Assembly: GCA_963850305.1 (NCBI GenBank)
Contig: CAWKKR010000004.1
Location: forward strand, 128,001 to 192,000
Length of the DNA: 64,000 nucleotides
Source: an uncultured delta proteobacterium
GTDB taxonomy: Bacteria; Myxococcota_A; Polyangia; Polyangiales; Polyangiaceae
Direction: 5' to 3'
A program made the position numbers and the translations under genes. Below, in pieces: positions 1-9,855 of this stretch; the stretch's first letter is position 1, and every line of letters begins with the position of its first letter. The notes beneath the pieces were generated by a model, which had not been told where the DNA came from, ran no database searches, and was given only the letters and a program-made list of their open reading frames with translations.

Positions 1-718
1 GCCACGCCTTCACTGCGGCGCGCATGACAGCGCGATCGGGCGCCGGCACCAAGGCATCGATATGCTCGTAGATGAGGACCACGAGTCCGTACTCGTGAGC
101 TTTCCGCTGAACGGGACCGCTCGGGGTTTCGACGGTGTCCGTCAGCAAGAACCGGAGCACTCGTCCGAGATCTTCGTAACCCCCTACGCTCGCCACGTAG
201 TCGAGGTGCGCCGCGTAGCGCGGGTCTTCCGCGGCGAGCAAGGCGAGCCCGCCGGCGAAGCTGAAGCCCAGAAGACCGACCTTCGCCGAACATCGCTCGG
301 AAAACCATTGCGCGGCTCCACCGAGCACGTCCGCACCCGCGCGCGTCACCCGATAATCGGCGAGATCGGCAAGCTCGGGCGTCAGTACCGCCACGTTCAC
401 TCGCGCAAGCTCGGTCGCGAATCGCATGAGACGCGGCTCGTCGATGCCGAGGTAATGCACGCCGTGCCCTATGACGATGCACCGCACGGCGCGCGCGGAA
501 GGCAGATAGGCTCGCGCCAGCACGCGTTCCGAGCCGACCTCGAGCCACAGGTCTTTCCTCGAGACGGCCGGTGCGGCGGTCGGTGCATGGGAGAGGCGCA
601 CGAGCACTTCGGCGGCTGCCGCATGTCTCCACACCGGATGCCAGCTGAGCGCGCCGAGCACGAGCCCGGTGAGGGCCCAGATGGACGACCGCGTCGCGAC
701 CCGCACCTCGTGCAGCAT
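1..718 (-). CDS. Alpha/beta hydrolase, partial (runs off the left edge)
   Basis: Manual translation from ATG 718: MLHEVRVATRSSIWALTGLVLGALSW...IVIGHGVHYLG...VGLLGFSFAGGLALLAA. It has an N-terminal hydrophobic segment, an HG oxyanion motif and a G-F-S-F-A-G nucleophile elbow. It is absent from the ORF track because there is no stop inside the window. Confidence 0.8.
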   Translation of the reverse strand, partial: MLHEVRVATRSSIWALTGLVLGALSWHPVWRHAAAAEVLVRLSHAPTAAPAVSRKDLWLEVGSERVLARAYLPSARAVRCIVIGHGVHYLGIDEPRLMRFATELARVNVAVLTPELADLADYRVTRAGADVLGGAAQWFSERCSAKVGLLGFSFAGGLALLAAEDPRYAAHLDYVASVGGYEDLGRVLRFLLTDTVETPSGPVQRKAHEYGLVVLIYEHIDALVPAPDRAVMRAAVKAW

Positions 719-1026
719 ACAAGGCGATTGTCGCATGAAACCCAGCCGGACCCGTCCGCGTGGACGCGACCCCGGCCCCCGCGTCGCAGGCCAACTTTCG
801 TGGCAAGTGGGCGTCTGTGGGCGCGCACGCCAGGCGCAAACTTGCGCTTCCGCATGCGCAGAGGTGCAGGATTCGCGTCGGACGTTATCGAGACCAAAGC
901 GGTGCCTGACGACGTCGCGCATGTCATGCCGGCAGTGATCGCTACGAGGCAGTTCTCCCGCGAGCATGGAAACTGCATGCGAGAGGGGGGCCCGATCCAT
1001 GCGAGACGCGCCGAGTGATCACGCGA

Positions 1027-1785
1027 TCACCGTGCTGCCGGGTCAGCACCGCCCAATTCGAACCCGACGCTCATCAGCACGCCAATGGAGACACCGCCGA
1101 ACGGCGTCGTCCCGGTGACGACCTGAGGGGTCCCGTCGGAGCCGAGGAATGTCTCGCTCCATGGAGCGTCACCATGTTTCAGGTCGAACGCTGCCACGAT
1201 CTCCGCACCAGCGCGAAACGCGACGAGTCGCTCCGTGAAGCGATCCGACACACCGACGCGAAGGCTCAAACTCGGCACTGAATACGCGAGACCATTTGGG
1301 CCATAGGTCGTGCTGTCGTCGAGGTACGTCCGCGCCCCAACGCCCATCGACGCTTCGAGATCCAGCCAGTGCGAATAGGGTAGCCACACACCGGCGAAGC
1401 CGCTTACCGACCTCCACCGACCCTTTTCGGGTTCCCCGAGCGCCGTCGCATTCCCACCGTCGGTCGTTTCCATTGATGCGCCGATCTGCGCGTAGCTCGC
1501 TCGCACGCGCGCGAGGCCGCCGACGAACGCGTGGGCGTTGGACGGCGCGCTGGACCACTGGTTCGCCAGACCGGCGAAACCCTCCAGGTCGAACGCGACG
1601 CTCGATGTGGCCTGCAACAGCGGAGCAAAGCGCGGGGCTTCGGTCGAGGGCTCGTCCGCATCGGGGTCTGCTGGAGAAACCTGCGCTCGAGCGTTCGGGG
1701 CAGCGATGGCAAGCACGGACAGGGCCCGAACCAAGAGCCCCTTGCGAGGCCGGGTTCCCTTGCCATGAGCCGACAGCCCGACCAT
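1027..1785 (-). CDS. Exported hypothetical protein, probable small outer-membrane beta-barrel
   Basis: C-terminal part of ORF 1027..2301. Signal-peptide-like LLVRALSVLAIAAPNARA, alternating amphipathic strands, and SVGFELG near the end. Start is uncertain (1785 or 1815). Confidence 0.6.
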   Translation of the reverse strand: MVGLSAHGKGTRPRKGLLVRALSVLAIAAPNARAQVSPADPDADEPSTEAPRFAPLLQATSSVAFDLEGFAGLANQWSSAPSNAHAFVGGLARVRASYAQIGASMETTDGGNATALGEPEKGRWRSVSGFAGVWLPYSHWLDLEASMGVGARTYLDDSTTYGPNGLAYSVPSLSLRVGVSDRFTERLVAFRAGAEIVAAFDLKHGDAPWSETFLGSDGTPQVVTGTTPFGGVSIGVLMSVGFELGGADPAAR

Positions 1786-1850
1786 CTCCGTATTCTGTGC
1801 CCGCTCGTCCCCCATTCGGCTCACGGACGTCCGCACTCCTGGAGGCGGCG

Positions 1851-4800
1851 TCAGTGAGGCATGCCCTGTTGAACGAGACGGCGCGCCTTCCATTCGTGCA
1901 CGAGAAGGAGGAGCGGAGGCTGCATGGCACGGTTCAGGATTGCCAGAATGAGGGATCCGCCGATGACGACGAGCGCCAGTGGTTTCTGCGTCTGTGCGCC
2001 GATGCCGGTCGAGACTGCCGCCGGCAGTAGGCCCAGCGTCGCCACGAGCGTGGTCATCAGCACGGGTCGAAGGCGCTTCTCCGCCGCCTCGTGCGCCGCC
2101 TCCGGAATACCCATGCCCTGTTCGCGCTGCCTCTGGAAATGGGTGACGACGAGGATCGCGTCTTGAATCGCGATCCCGAAGATCGACACGAATCCCATCG
2201 CTGCCGAGACGGAGAAGTTGACCCCCGCGAGGAGAAGCGCAAACACGCCTCCGGTACAGGCCACGGGAATCGACACGAGCACGATCGCCGTATCGAGCCA
2301 ATTCTTCATCGCGCCGTAAACGAGGAGCGTGATCAAGGCCAGCGTCACCGGTACGATCAAGAGAAAGCGGGCCATCGCATCACCGTATTCGTTGATCTGG
2401 CCCGCCCAGTCGAGGTGCGTGTCGTATGGCAGCTGGATGAACTTCGCGATCTGCGCCTTTGCGTCGTTGATTGTCGACACCAGGTCCCGATTTCGCACGC
2501 TGAACTTCACCGGCGAGTATCGCGCTCCGTCCTCACGGTAGATGATCGACGGGCCCATCTCCTTCGTGATGGTCGCCAGCTGCGCGAGCGGAATCTGTCC
2601 GCCTCCAGGGAGAGATACGGTGATGCGCTTGATCGCCTCCACCGAGTTCCGAAACTTCTCCAGCCACCGAACGGTCAGGTCAAAGGACTTTTCGCCTTCA
2701 TATACGCGCGTCACCGCGCGGCCGCCGATGGCCGCCTGGATGACGTCTTCGACGTCGCCAGTGTTGAGGCCGTATCGGTCGCACGCTTCGCGGTTGATCT
2801 CGATGCGGAGACTGGGCTGACCGAGGGTACGGAACATGCCCAGATCCTGGACGCCAGGGATCTTCGACATGATGCCCACGATCTTGTCGGCGATGCGCTC
2901 GTTGGTTTCGAGATTGGGGCCGATCACCTTGATCGAGTTCTCGCCCTTGATCCCGCTCATCGCTTCTTCGACATTGTCCGAAATCATCTGCGAGAAGTTG
3001 AAGTCCGCGCCGGGGAACGCTCCGTTGAGCTCGTCGGAAAGCTCCTTGGTGAGCTGGTCTTTCGTGTAGCCGCGGGGCCATTCATCGAAAGGCAGCAGCG
3101 GGGCGAAGATCTCGATGTTCTGGAAACCGGCGACGTCCGTGCCGTCATCGGGCCGGCCGAGCTGCGAGACGACGGTCGTGACGACACGGTGCTTGCGATT
3201 CGCGTCCGTGCAGACGATCTTCGGGTCCGCTGGGCAACCGCGGATGATGCCGCGCATCCGGCCGACGTATTCCGCCGACTTCTCGAGTGAGATCGACATG
3301 GGCAGCGTCGCCCGGATCCAGAGGTTCCCTTCCTCGAGCTTGGGCATGAACTCACCTCCGAGGAACCTGAGCGAAATACCGCAGAGCCCGACCGGGAGAA
3401 GGGAAAGGGCGACGGCCGCCTTCGGGTGTTTGAGAACCGTCCGGAAGAGGGGTTGATAGCACCGCTCCAGCGCGTGCATCACGAACGTCTCCTTCTCTTC
3501 CCGACCGGGACGGAGCACGTAGGACGCAAGTACGGGCGTTAGAGTGAGAGCGAGAATGATCGCGCCGCCGATGGCGAACGCGTACGTCAATGCCATCGGC
3601 GAAAAGATGACACCGGACACGCCGGTCATGGTGAAGAGCGGCAGGAACGCGGCGGAGATGATCATGCTGGAGAACAGCATCGGACCACCAACCTCGCGGG
3701 CGCTGCGCGCGATCCGCTCGATGAGGTTCGTCCGCCCGGCCTCACCCATGTGACGGACGATATTTTCGGTCATGATCACGGTGGAATCGACCACGATGCC
3801 GAAATCGACCGCGCCCAGGGAGATCAGGTTTGCCGGAGTGCCGGTTCCGACCATGCCGCAGAAGGCACAGAGCAGGGCCAGCGGAATATTGAGCGCCGTG
3901 ATGAGCGCCGCGCGGACGTCTCCGAGAAAGAAGAACAGAACGATCGTCACGAGTAACATGCCGACGAGCAGGTTCTCCCTGACGGTATGGGTCGTCACCG
4001 CGACGAGGTTGCCGCGATCGTAATAGGGCTCGATGGTCATGCCCGGTGGCAACAGGTGATTTTCACGAATCTCCTGGACCCGCTTGTGCACGCCCGCGAG
4101 CGTGGGCGCCGTTTCGCCGCCGTACCTCATGAGCACGATCCCCTGGACGATGTCTGGGTCGTCGTCGTGTCCGACAATCCCGAGTCGCGGGGCCGCGCCG
4201 ATCTCCGTCTTCGCGACGTCGCGCACTCGAACGGGCGTACCTTGTGAGGCTGCGATGGCAATGTCGTCGATGTCACGAACGTTGCGCAACAATCCGATGC
4301 CGCGAACATTGAACGCCTGCTCGCCGATAGTGAGGCGTTGCCCGCCGACGTTCTGGTTCGCGTTCTGCACCGCTGCGACGAGCTGATCGAGCGTGACGTT
4401 TTCGCCGCTCAACCGATAAGGGTCGACGTCGATGTGATACTGCTTCGTGAAGCCGCCGAAGCTCACGACGTCGATGACGCCGGGAACCTGCTTGAACTGT
4501 CGCTCGAGGATCCAGTCCTCCGCGGTCTTCATCTCGGCGAGGCTGTAGCCGGGGCCCTTGATCTGATACCGGTAGACTTCGCCGATCGCGTTCCATGGGG
4601 AAATCTGCGGCGATACCCCGTCGGGTAGATCGGCCATCGCCAGGCGGTTCAGCACCTCCTGGCGCGCCTTCTCGTAAGTTACGCCCCATGTGAAGTAGCA
4701 CTTCACGTCGCTCAGCCCGAACAGCGACTGCGACCGTACGTGGTCGAGGCCGACCATGCCGGCCATCGCAATCTCGAGCGGGATCGTGACGTAACGCTCG

Positions 4801-4982
4801 ACCTCTTCGGCGCTCGATCCGTTCGGCTGCGCGATGATCTCGACCAGCGGCGGAACCGGATTCGGATACGCTTCGATATCCAGTTTCTGGTAAGAGATCG
4901 TCCCGGCGATGACCAGACCAATCGCCATGAAGATCACCACGGCGCGAGCGCCGAGGGCAAGACGGACGAGTCGCTCGATCAT
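1851..4982 (-). CDS. czcA: CusA/CzcA family heavy-metal efflux RND permease
   Basis: 1043 aa; IEAYPN start motif, AVDFGIVVDSTVIMTENI proton-relay motif, RLRPVLMT, PLALVVIGG. Confidence 0.93.
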   Translation of the reverse strand: MIERLVRLALGARAVVIFMAIGLVIAGTISYQKLDIEAYPNPVPPLVEIIAQPNGSSAEEVERYVTIPLEIAMAGMVGLDHVRSQSLFGLSDVKCYFTWGVTYEKARQEVLNRLAMADLPDGVSPQISPWNAIGEVYRYQIKGPGYSLAEMKTAEDWILERQFKQVPGVIDVVSFGGFTKQYHIDVDPYRLSGENVTLDQLVAAVQNANQNVGGQRLTIGEQAFNVRGIGLLRNVRDIDDIAIAASQGTPVRVRDVAKTEIGAAPRLGIVGHDDDPDIVQGIVLMRYGGETAPTLAGVHKRVQEIRENHLLPPGMTIEPYYDRGNLVAVTTHTVRENLLVGMLLVTIVLFFFLGDVRAALITALNIPLALLCAFCGMVGTGTPANLISLGAVDFGIVVDSTVIMTENIVRHMGEAGRTNLIERIARSAREVGGPMLFSSMIISAAFLPLFTMTGVSGVIFSPMALTYAFAIGGAIILALTLTPVLASYVLRPGREEKETFVMHALERCYQPLFRTVLKHPKAAVALSLLPVGLCGISLRFLGGEFMPKLEEGNLWIRATLPMSISLEKSAEYVGRMRGIIRGCPADPKIVCTDANRKHRVVTTVVSQLGRPDDGTDVAGFQNIEIFAPLLPFDEWPRGYTKDQLTKELSDELNGAFPGADFNFSQMISDNVEEAMSGIKGENSIKVIGPNLETNERIADKIVGIMSKIPGVQDLGMFRTLGQPSLRIEINREACDRYGLNTGDVEDVIQAAIGGRAVTRVYEGEKSFDLTVRWLEKFRNSVEAIKRITVSLPGGGQIPLAQLATITKEMGPSIIYREDGARYSPVKFSVRNRDLVSTINDAKAQIAKFIQLPYDTHLDWAGQINEYGDAMARFLLIVPVTLALITLLVYGAMKNWLDTAIVLVSIPVACTGGVFALLLAGVNFSVSAAMGFVSIFGIAIQDAILVVTHFQRQREQGMGIPEAAHEAAEKRLRPVLMTTLVATLGLLPAAVSTGIGAQTQKPLALVVIGGSLILAILNRAMQPPLLLLVHEWKARRLVQQGMPH

Positions 4983-6119
4983 TCAGCCCGTCAGCAGGAG
5001 GGCGCCGGAGGTGACGACTCTCTCGCCCTGGGCGAGCCCCGAGATGATGGGGACGAGGTCACCTTGCACGTCCTCGTCGACGGAGATCGGGCGCTCCACG
5101 AATCGAAGTGTTCCGTCGGGGCGCGCCCCCAATGCGACGAACGCGATCGTCTGCCCTCCGATGTGGAGCACGGCAGTCCTGGGGACCGCCAGTGTGTTCC
5201 GTCCTGCGGTATGGATCGCGACCGTGGCATACATACCGGGACGAAGCAGCCGATCCTGGTTCGCCAGCGTAACCCGCACCCGCGTCGTTCGCGTCGTCGC
5301 GTCGAGCGTGCGCGACGCCCAGTCGATCGTGCCCTCGAACTTACGGTCCGGGTAAGCGACCACCGACACGGTCGCCTTGTCGCCGACCTGGATGCGGCCC
5401 ACGTCCATTTCGTAAACGTCTGCGAGCACCCAAACCGGATCGACCTCGCCGATCGTGAAGAGTTCGACAGCCGGCCCGGAGCCGGAGTACTCGCCCTGGA
5501 CCTCCATGCCAGGATTCACCGCGCGATCGATGACCTCGCCGTCGATCGGCGAATTGAGGACGAACGCTTCGGTGTTGAGCGCCCCCAATCGAAGGATGCG
5601 TGTCTTCTCGCGACTACGCTCGAGCTCCGCCTGTGCGCGCCGGTAGTCGTCCGCCGCGGATTCGTAGTCACGCTGCGATACGGCGTGCATCGCGGCAAGT
5701 TCGCTCTGACGCTCGAAGTTGTGCTTCGCTGCAGCGACGTCCGCGTCCGCTTTCTGCAGGTCAGCGACCGCGATCCCGACGTCCGGTGAGTCGATGATGG
5801 CGAGCGACTGCCCCTTTTTCACGCGCTGACCGAGTTCCGCCGTGATCTGACGGATACGGCCGGTCACGGGGCTGTAAACGTGAGAAACATGGAGATCGTC
5901 GAAGGCAACGCGCCCGGCCGCCGAGATGGAATCGTCGACCTGTTGCTCCGCGACCGGCACGGTGGCGAGGTGCGCTTCCTGCGCCTGTTGTGGCTTGAGC
6001 CAGACCTCGCCCGCCGGCGGCGAAGGCGCTTGCGCGACATCCCGACGTCGGCAAGCGACGCTCGTGCAGACGACGCCCGCGAGAAGCAGCGCCCGACCCC
6101 GTTGAGTCAGTGTTCCCAT
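4983..6119 (-). CDS. czcB: RND periplasmic adaptor (CzcB/CusB-like), lipoprotein-like
   Basis: VYSPVTGRI...GQRVKKGQ, SPIDGEV, LRPGMY motifs. ATG 6119 overlaps the TolC stop (ATGA). Confidence 0.9.
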   Translation of the reverse strand: MGTLTQRGRALLLAGVVCTSVACRRRDVAQAPSPPAGEVWLKPQQAQEAHLATVPVAEQQVDDSISAAGRVAFDDLHVSHVYSPVTGRIRQITAELGQRVKKGQSLAIIDSPDVGIAVADLQKADADVAAAKHNFERQSELAAMHAVSQRDYESAADDYRRAQAELERSREKTRILRLGALNTEAFVLNSPIDGEVIDRAVNPGMEVQGEYSGSGPAVELFTIGEVDPVWVLADVYEMDVGRIQVGDKATVSVVAYPDRKFEGTIDWASRTLDATTRTTRVRVTLANQDRLLRPGMYATVAIHTAGRNTLAVPRTAVLHIGGQTIAFVALGARPDGTLRFVERPISVDEDVQGDLVPIISGLAQGERVVTSGALLLTG

Positions 6120-7447
6120 CAGTGGAGCTCTCTTCCGATGGCCTGTTCGATCGCGAACACGGCCGTCCAATAATCGCCCGACGCCTGAACGTGTGCGGCG
6201 TTCGTGGCGAGAAATGTGCGCTGTGAATCGAGCATCTCGAGAAGCGACGCCGCGCCTTTCTCGTACATCGCAGCGACGAGATCACGGGCACGGCGCGCAC
6301 TCACGAGCAGAGACTTGTCCATTCGATCGAGACGGATTCTCGCCGTCTCGAGTGCGGCACGAGCCCCCTCGACGTCGCTCACCACCTGCGCCTCGACCTT
6401 CGCGGCAGCGGCGTCCCCGGACCGGACCTCTGCCTCGGCCTGTTCGACTTCACCTTGATTCTGATAGAAGAGCGGGAGCGGCGCGGAGATTCCAAACATG
6501 ACGGTCGACGGCTGGATCGGGTTTTCGCCGGTGCCCTGGCTCGCGTAGCTTCCCCATATGGCTATATCCGGAAATCGCGTTCGCTTCGTGTAGTCGACGG
6601 CGGCGACCGCGCTTTCGGCACGGCGGCGCGCCGAGGCCAGGTCCGGGCGGTTCGCGAGCGCTTCGCGGAGCACGGTCGCACGATCGAGGCTCTCCGCCGG
6701 AACTCCGATCCGCCGCTGGAGAAGCCCTTCGTCCACGTCGAAGTCCGGAACGAGCTGGCGCACGCCGAGCAGGTACGCGAGCGCCACCTTGGCTTCGCGA
6801 AGATCCCGCTCCGCGCCATTCACGGCGTCGTCGGCCTCGAGCGTATCGGTTTTGACCCGAAGCAAGTCGGCTTCAGAGACCGCACCGGCGTCGTAACGCT
6901 TCTGCACGATGTCGAGAACCTGGGCGGAGTTATCGCGAGCTTCACGCGTAACGGCCAGTAGCGCCTTGGCGACCGCTGCCTGAACGTATTGGGTCTTGAC
7001 CTGGGCCTCGAGCATTCGCTGGGCATCGCGGCGATCGAGCCTGGCGGCTTCGAGGGCGCGTTCCGCGACGCGCGAGCGTAAGACCCGCTTTCCAACGAGA
7101 AGATCGAGGATCGACGCATTGTCGGAGAGTTGCGCGGAGAGCGCGAGAGACGCCGAACCGAACAGCGGAGACTGGAGGGCAGTGCCGACTCCCGCGGAAA
7201 GAGTGGGGTTTGCGACGGCTCCGGCGGCGCGACTCTCGCCCTCGGCAACCTGCACGCTCGCGTCGGCGATGATGAGATCCAGTCCATGGGAGCGAAAAAG
7301 CCTCAGCGCGTCGTCGAGTGTCAGCCGACCCGCGAGCATCGCCGACGGCGGCACGAGGGCACCGTCATCGGCCCGCGCCGTTGCCGCCAGCGCGGCGACC
7401 AAGGTCAGACCGGCGAGATTCCGCATCGCACGAAGTCCGCGGGACAT
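6119..7447 (-). CDS. czcC: TolC family outer-membrane factor (CzcC-like)
   Basis: 442 aa, signal peptide, two OEP repeats (ANPTLS, RFPDIAI, PLPLFYQNQG, YEKGAASLLE). Confidence 0.9.
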   Translation of the reverse strand: MSRGLRAMRNLAGLTLVAALAATARADDGALVPPSAMLAGRLTLDDALRLFRSHGLDLIIADASVQVAEGESRAAGAVANPTLSAGVGTALQSPLFGSASLALSAQLSDNASILDLLVGKRVLRSRVAERALEAARLDRRDAQRMLEAQVKTQYVQAAVAKALLAVTREARDNSAQVLDIVQKRYDAGAVSEADLLRVKTDTLEADDAVNGAERDLREAKVALAYLLGVRQLVPDFDVDEGLLQRRIGVPAESLDRATVLREALANRPDLASARRRAESAVAAVDYTKRTRFPDIAIWGSYASQGTGENPIQPSTVMFGISAPLPLFYQNQGEVEQAEAEVRSGDAAAAKVEAQVVSDVEGARAALETARIRLDRMDKSLLVSARRARDLVAAMYEKGAASLLEMLDSQRTFLATNAAHVQASGDYWTAVFAIEQAIGRELH

Positions 7448-7483
7448 GGGGCCCCGGAACCTAGGAGGCCCGCCGTCCCCGCG

Positions 7484-7518
7484 GGTGAAAGACGAGTGAA
7501 GGTTTCTTCATGGTTTCT
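7484..7518 (-). promoter_or_regulatory. Three 11-bp-periodic direct repeats upstream of czcC (candidate OmpR/PhoB-type binding site)
   Basis: Minus strand reads agaaaccatga-agaaaccttca-ctcgtctttca, about 40 nt upstream of the czcC start. Confidence 0.35.
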
Positions 7519-7556
7519 GCCTCAAAAGCAGGAGCTGGCAGGAAAGTCCAGATATT

Positions 7557-8678
7557 TCAGCAATTTGCCCAGGCTTCCAGTTGACCTTCGCAGCGAACAG
7601 CGCGACGCCGATTCTGGCCACGAGCCTTCGAAACGCGTACTGAGCCGCGCCTCGACGGATCAGCGACGCGACGTCGATGTCGAGCCGCGCGTAAGATGAT
7701 CCTGCCGGCGTCGAGGGTGGCCAGGTCCAAGAATCCGTCGACCGTGGCGGCGAGTTGCCCGAACCCGAGCTGCGCAGTGGCGACAGTCTCGCGCTCCGCG
7801 TCGCCGAAGCGGTGAGCTCCCTCGGCGAGAAGCGCGAACGTCATCTGGAGCGTCGTGAGAGGCGTCCGCAACTCGTGCGAGGCCGCGGCGGGAGTGCTTC
7901 GAGAGCCCCCTCCAGCGTCGCGTTCGCCGCCATCACCTCGCCCAGTTTCGAGCGCCGGAAAGCGCCGACCGCCTCCGCCATTCGATCGAAACCCGCCCCC
8001 AGCGCCGACAGTTCGTCTCGCGTCGACAGAGTTACTCGGCGTTCGAAGTCGTCGTCGGTCATCGCGTCCGCGGCACGCGTGAGCTCGGAGAGCGGTGCCA
8101 GCACCGATCGAGCGACGTGCCAAGCGATGAGCCCGAGCAGGCAAAGCGAGCCGACCCAAGCCTCCGACACGACGAGGGTCGCCTGCGGTCGCCTGACGGA
8201 GAAGAGGCGAAAGCTCGTCCCGGTGGAGGACGCGCACCCGCTCAGAACCGGAGGCGGCGAGCATCACATCGCTCGCCTTCCGGTAGGCCGCCGCGCGGAG
8301 AATGAGCTCGGACAGGAGCGCGCTCTCGGTCGGGTCGACGGTGAGCGCGTTGAGACGGTGGGCGGCCGCGTCGAACCGCGTTCGGAGCGAATAGAGCTGC
8401 GGGTAGTCGGCGGCCCCGCCGGAGGGCGACATGATGAGCACGTCGTCCTCGTCCTCGAGCGTCGCCGCGAGCGTGGACAGGAGCGCCGTGGCCTCCTGGT
8501 CGCTTCGCAGCGCGCCCCCGCGCCCGGGAAGGCCGGGCACGTGCGACAATCCCCGAGCATGATCATGGCGTTGGTGCCGTCGGCGGCTGCGCGCGAAGAC
8601 ATGTGCTCCCTCCATCGCAAGCGGCGCGCCTACCGTGAAGCGGCGCGAGATCGATAGATACCGAGCGCGGGCCTGCAT
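7557..8678 (-). pseudogene. Decayed HAMP/HisKA sensor histidine kinase
   Basis: TM+HAMP (VLAPLSELTRAADAM...DELSALGAGFDRMAE) is in one frame and the H-box (ASHELRTPLTTL) in another. They are joined with no intervening PAS, and there is no HATPase_c domain. Confidence 0.75.
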
Positions 8679-8826
8679 ATTGCCGGTGCCGGGCCCCGGA
8701 TTCCTGACTTTTGCAGAGCGACGCCGCGCGCGCGGTTGCCTGCGATGAATGGGGATCGGTGACTATGAACCGGAGCCGGTCGCGCTGCCCGAACCGCGCC
8801 ACTTCCTTTCGCGAGTCTTCTCCCAG

Positions 8827-9825
8827 ATGCGAGCCGCCCACGCCGCCAAGGCGTCACTGAGCCTGATTCTCGCCAGCCACGTCGCTCGCGCACAGAGCGC
8901 GACACCTGCGCCGAGGCCGGCACCCACCGCGGAAACAACGGCAAAGCCCGCACCCACGCCCACGCCCACTGGAAGTGCGACGGCCCCCGCGACATCGGGT
9001 GTCGCCGAAGGCTACCCTTCTGCGCCCACACCCGGACCGGCTTCTGCGCAGCCATCCCCGCCCGTCGTTCCACAGGCGGGGACGGCATGGGATTACCCGC
9101 AGCCACCTCCTTCTCCTTATTACCTCGGGTATCCGCCGGTGCCGCCGGCGGGCACAGACAGTGGCAAATTGCCGGTGAAGGAGCGCGAACCGCTCGTCTC
9201 CCGCGCGGAGGTCGGGGGTACTCTGTCCGAAGGGCTCGACGCGACCAACGCGGGAACGCGCGCGGGCGGCTTCTACGGAAGCGGCAGCTATCGATTTGCC
9301 AAGGACTTCCTCGTAACTGGACGCTATGCCTTCAGCGCGGGCCACGTCACGGAGCGCTTGCCGGGCAACAAGGGTGGCCAGTTTGGCGTTCCCGACGACG
9401 TGGACGTGCTCGAGACGCGGCACGCTTTCGATCTCCAGGTCGGCTACCTCCTTCGCGTCGCGGAAGGGCCGATCCAGATCTGGGCCACGCCACTGATCGG
9501 TCCGCGCCTTTCGTTCTTCGTGAACGACGTCGCCACGCGAACGGCTTTCGAGGCCGAGTTCGGTGGGCGAGCCGGCGTCTGGAGCGGCGAGAAGTTGGAG
9601 CTCAGCGTGCTCCTCGCATACGCCCCGGCGATCGCCAAGACACACGACCTGGCCGACGTGCAGGGTCCAATTCTGAGCGAGCTGCGATTCGGCGCGGGCG
9701 CGAACGTGCGCCTCGATGGCCCCCTCGGCATGTCGCTGGCTTACGAGGGCGACGTCGTCACGCTGGATCACCAGACGCTCACCTCGCACGGCCTCTTCCT
9801 GGGCTTTTCTTACGCACTCGAATGA
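8827..9825 (+). CDS. Exported protein: Pro/Thr/Ala-rich N-terminus plus probable outer-membrane beta-barrel
   Basis: Signal-like SLSLILASHVARA, low-complexity linker, amphipathic strands, beta-signal-like end GLFLGFSYALE. Confidence 0.7.
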   Translation: MRAAHAAKASLSLILASHVARAQSATPAPRPAPTAETTAKPAPTPTPTGSATAPATSGVAEGYPSAPTPGPASAQPSPPVVPQAGTAWDYPQPPPSPYYLGYPPVPPAGTDSGKLPVKEREPLVSRAEVGGTLSEGLDATNAGTRAGGFYGSGSYRFAKDFLVTGRYAFSAGHVTERLPGNKGGQFGVPDDVDVLETRHAFDLQVGYLLRVAEGPIQIWATPLIGPRLSFFVNDVATRTAFEAEFGGRAGVWSGEKLELSVLLAYAPAIAKTHDLADVQGPILSELRFGAGANVRLDGPLGMSLAYEGDVVTLDHQTLTSHGLFLGFSYALE

Positions 9826-9855
9826 TCACGACTCGCGCGAAGAAACGATAGAATC

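Noticed and set aside
62..1018. 318-aa + strand ORF
   Set aside because: Antisense shadow of the minus-strand hydrolase; no recognisable motifs.
720..1026. Intergenic region with short inverted repeats (GCGCAAACTTGCGC; GTGATC-ACGC-GATCAC)
   Set aside because: No recognisable ncRNA or riboswitch consensus; short palindromes are expected at this GC content.
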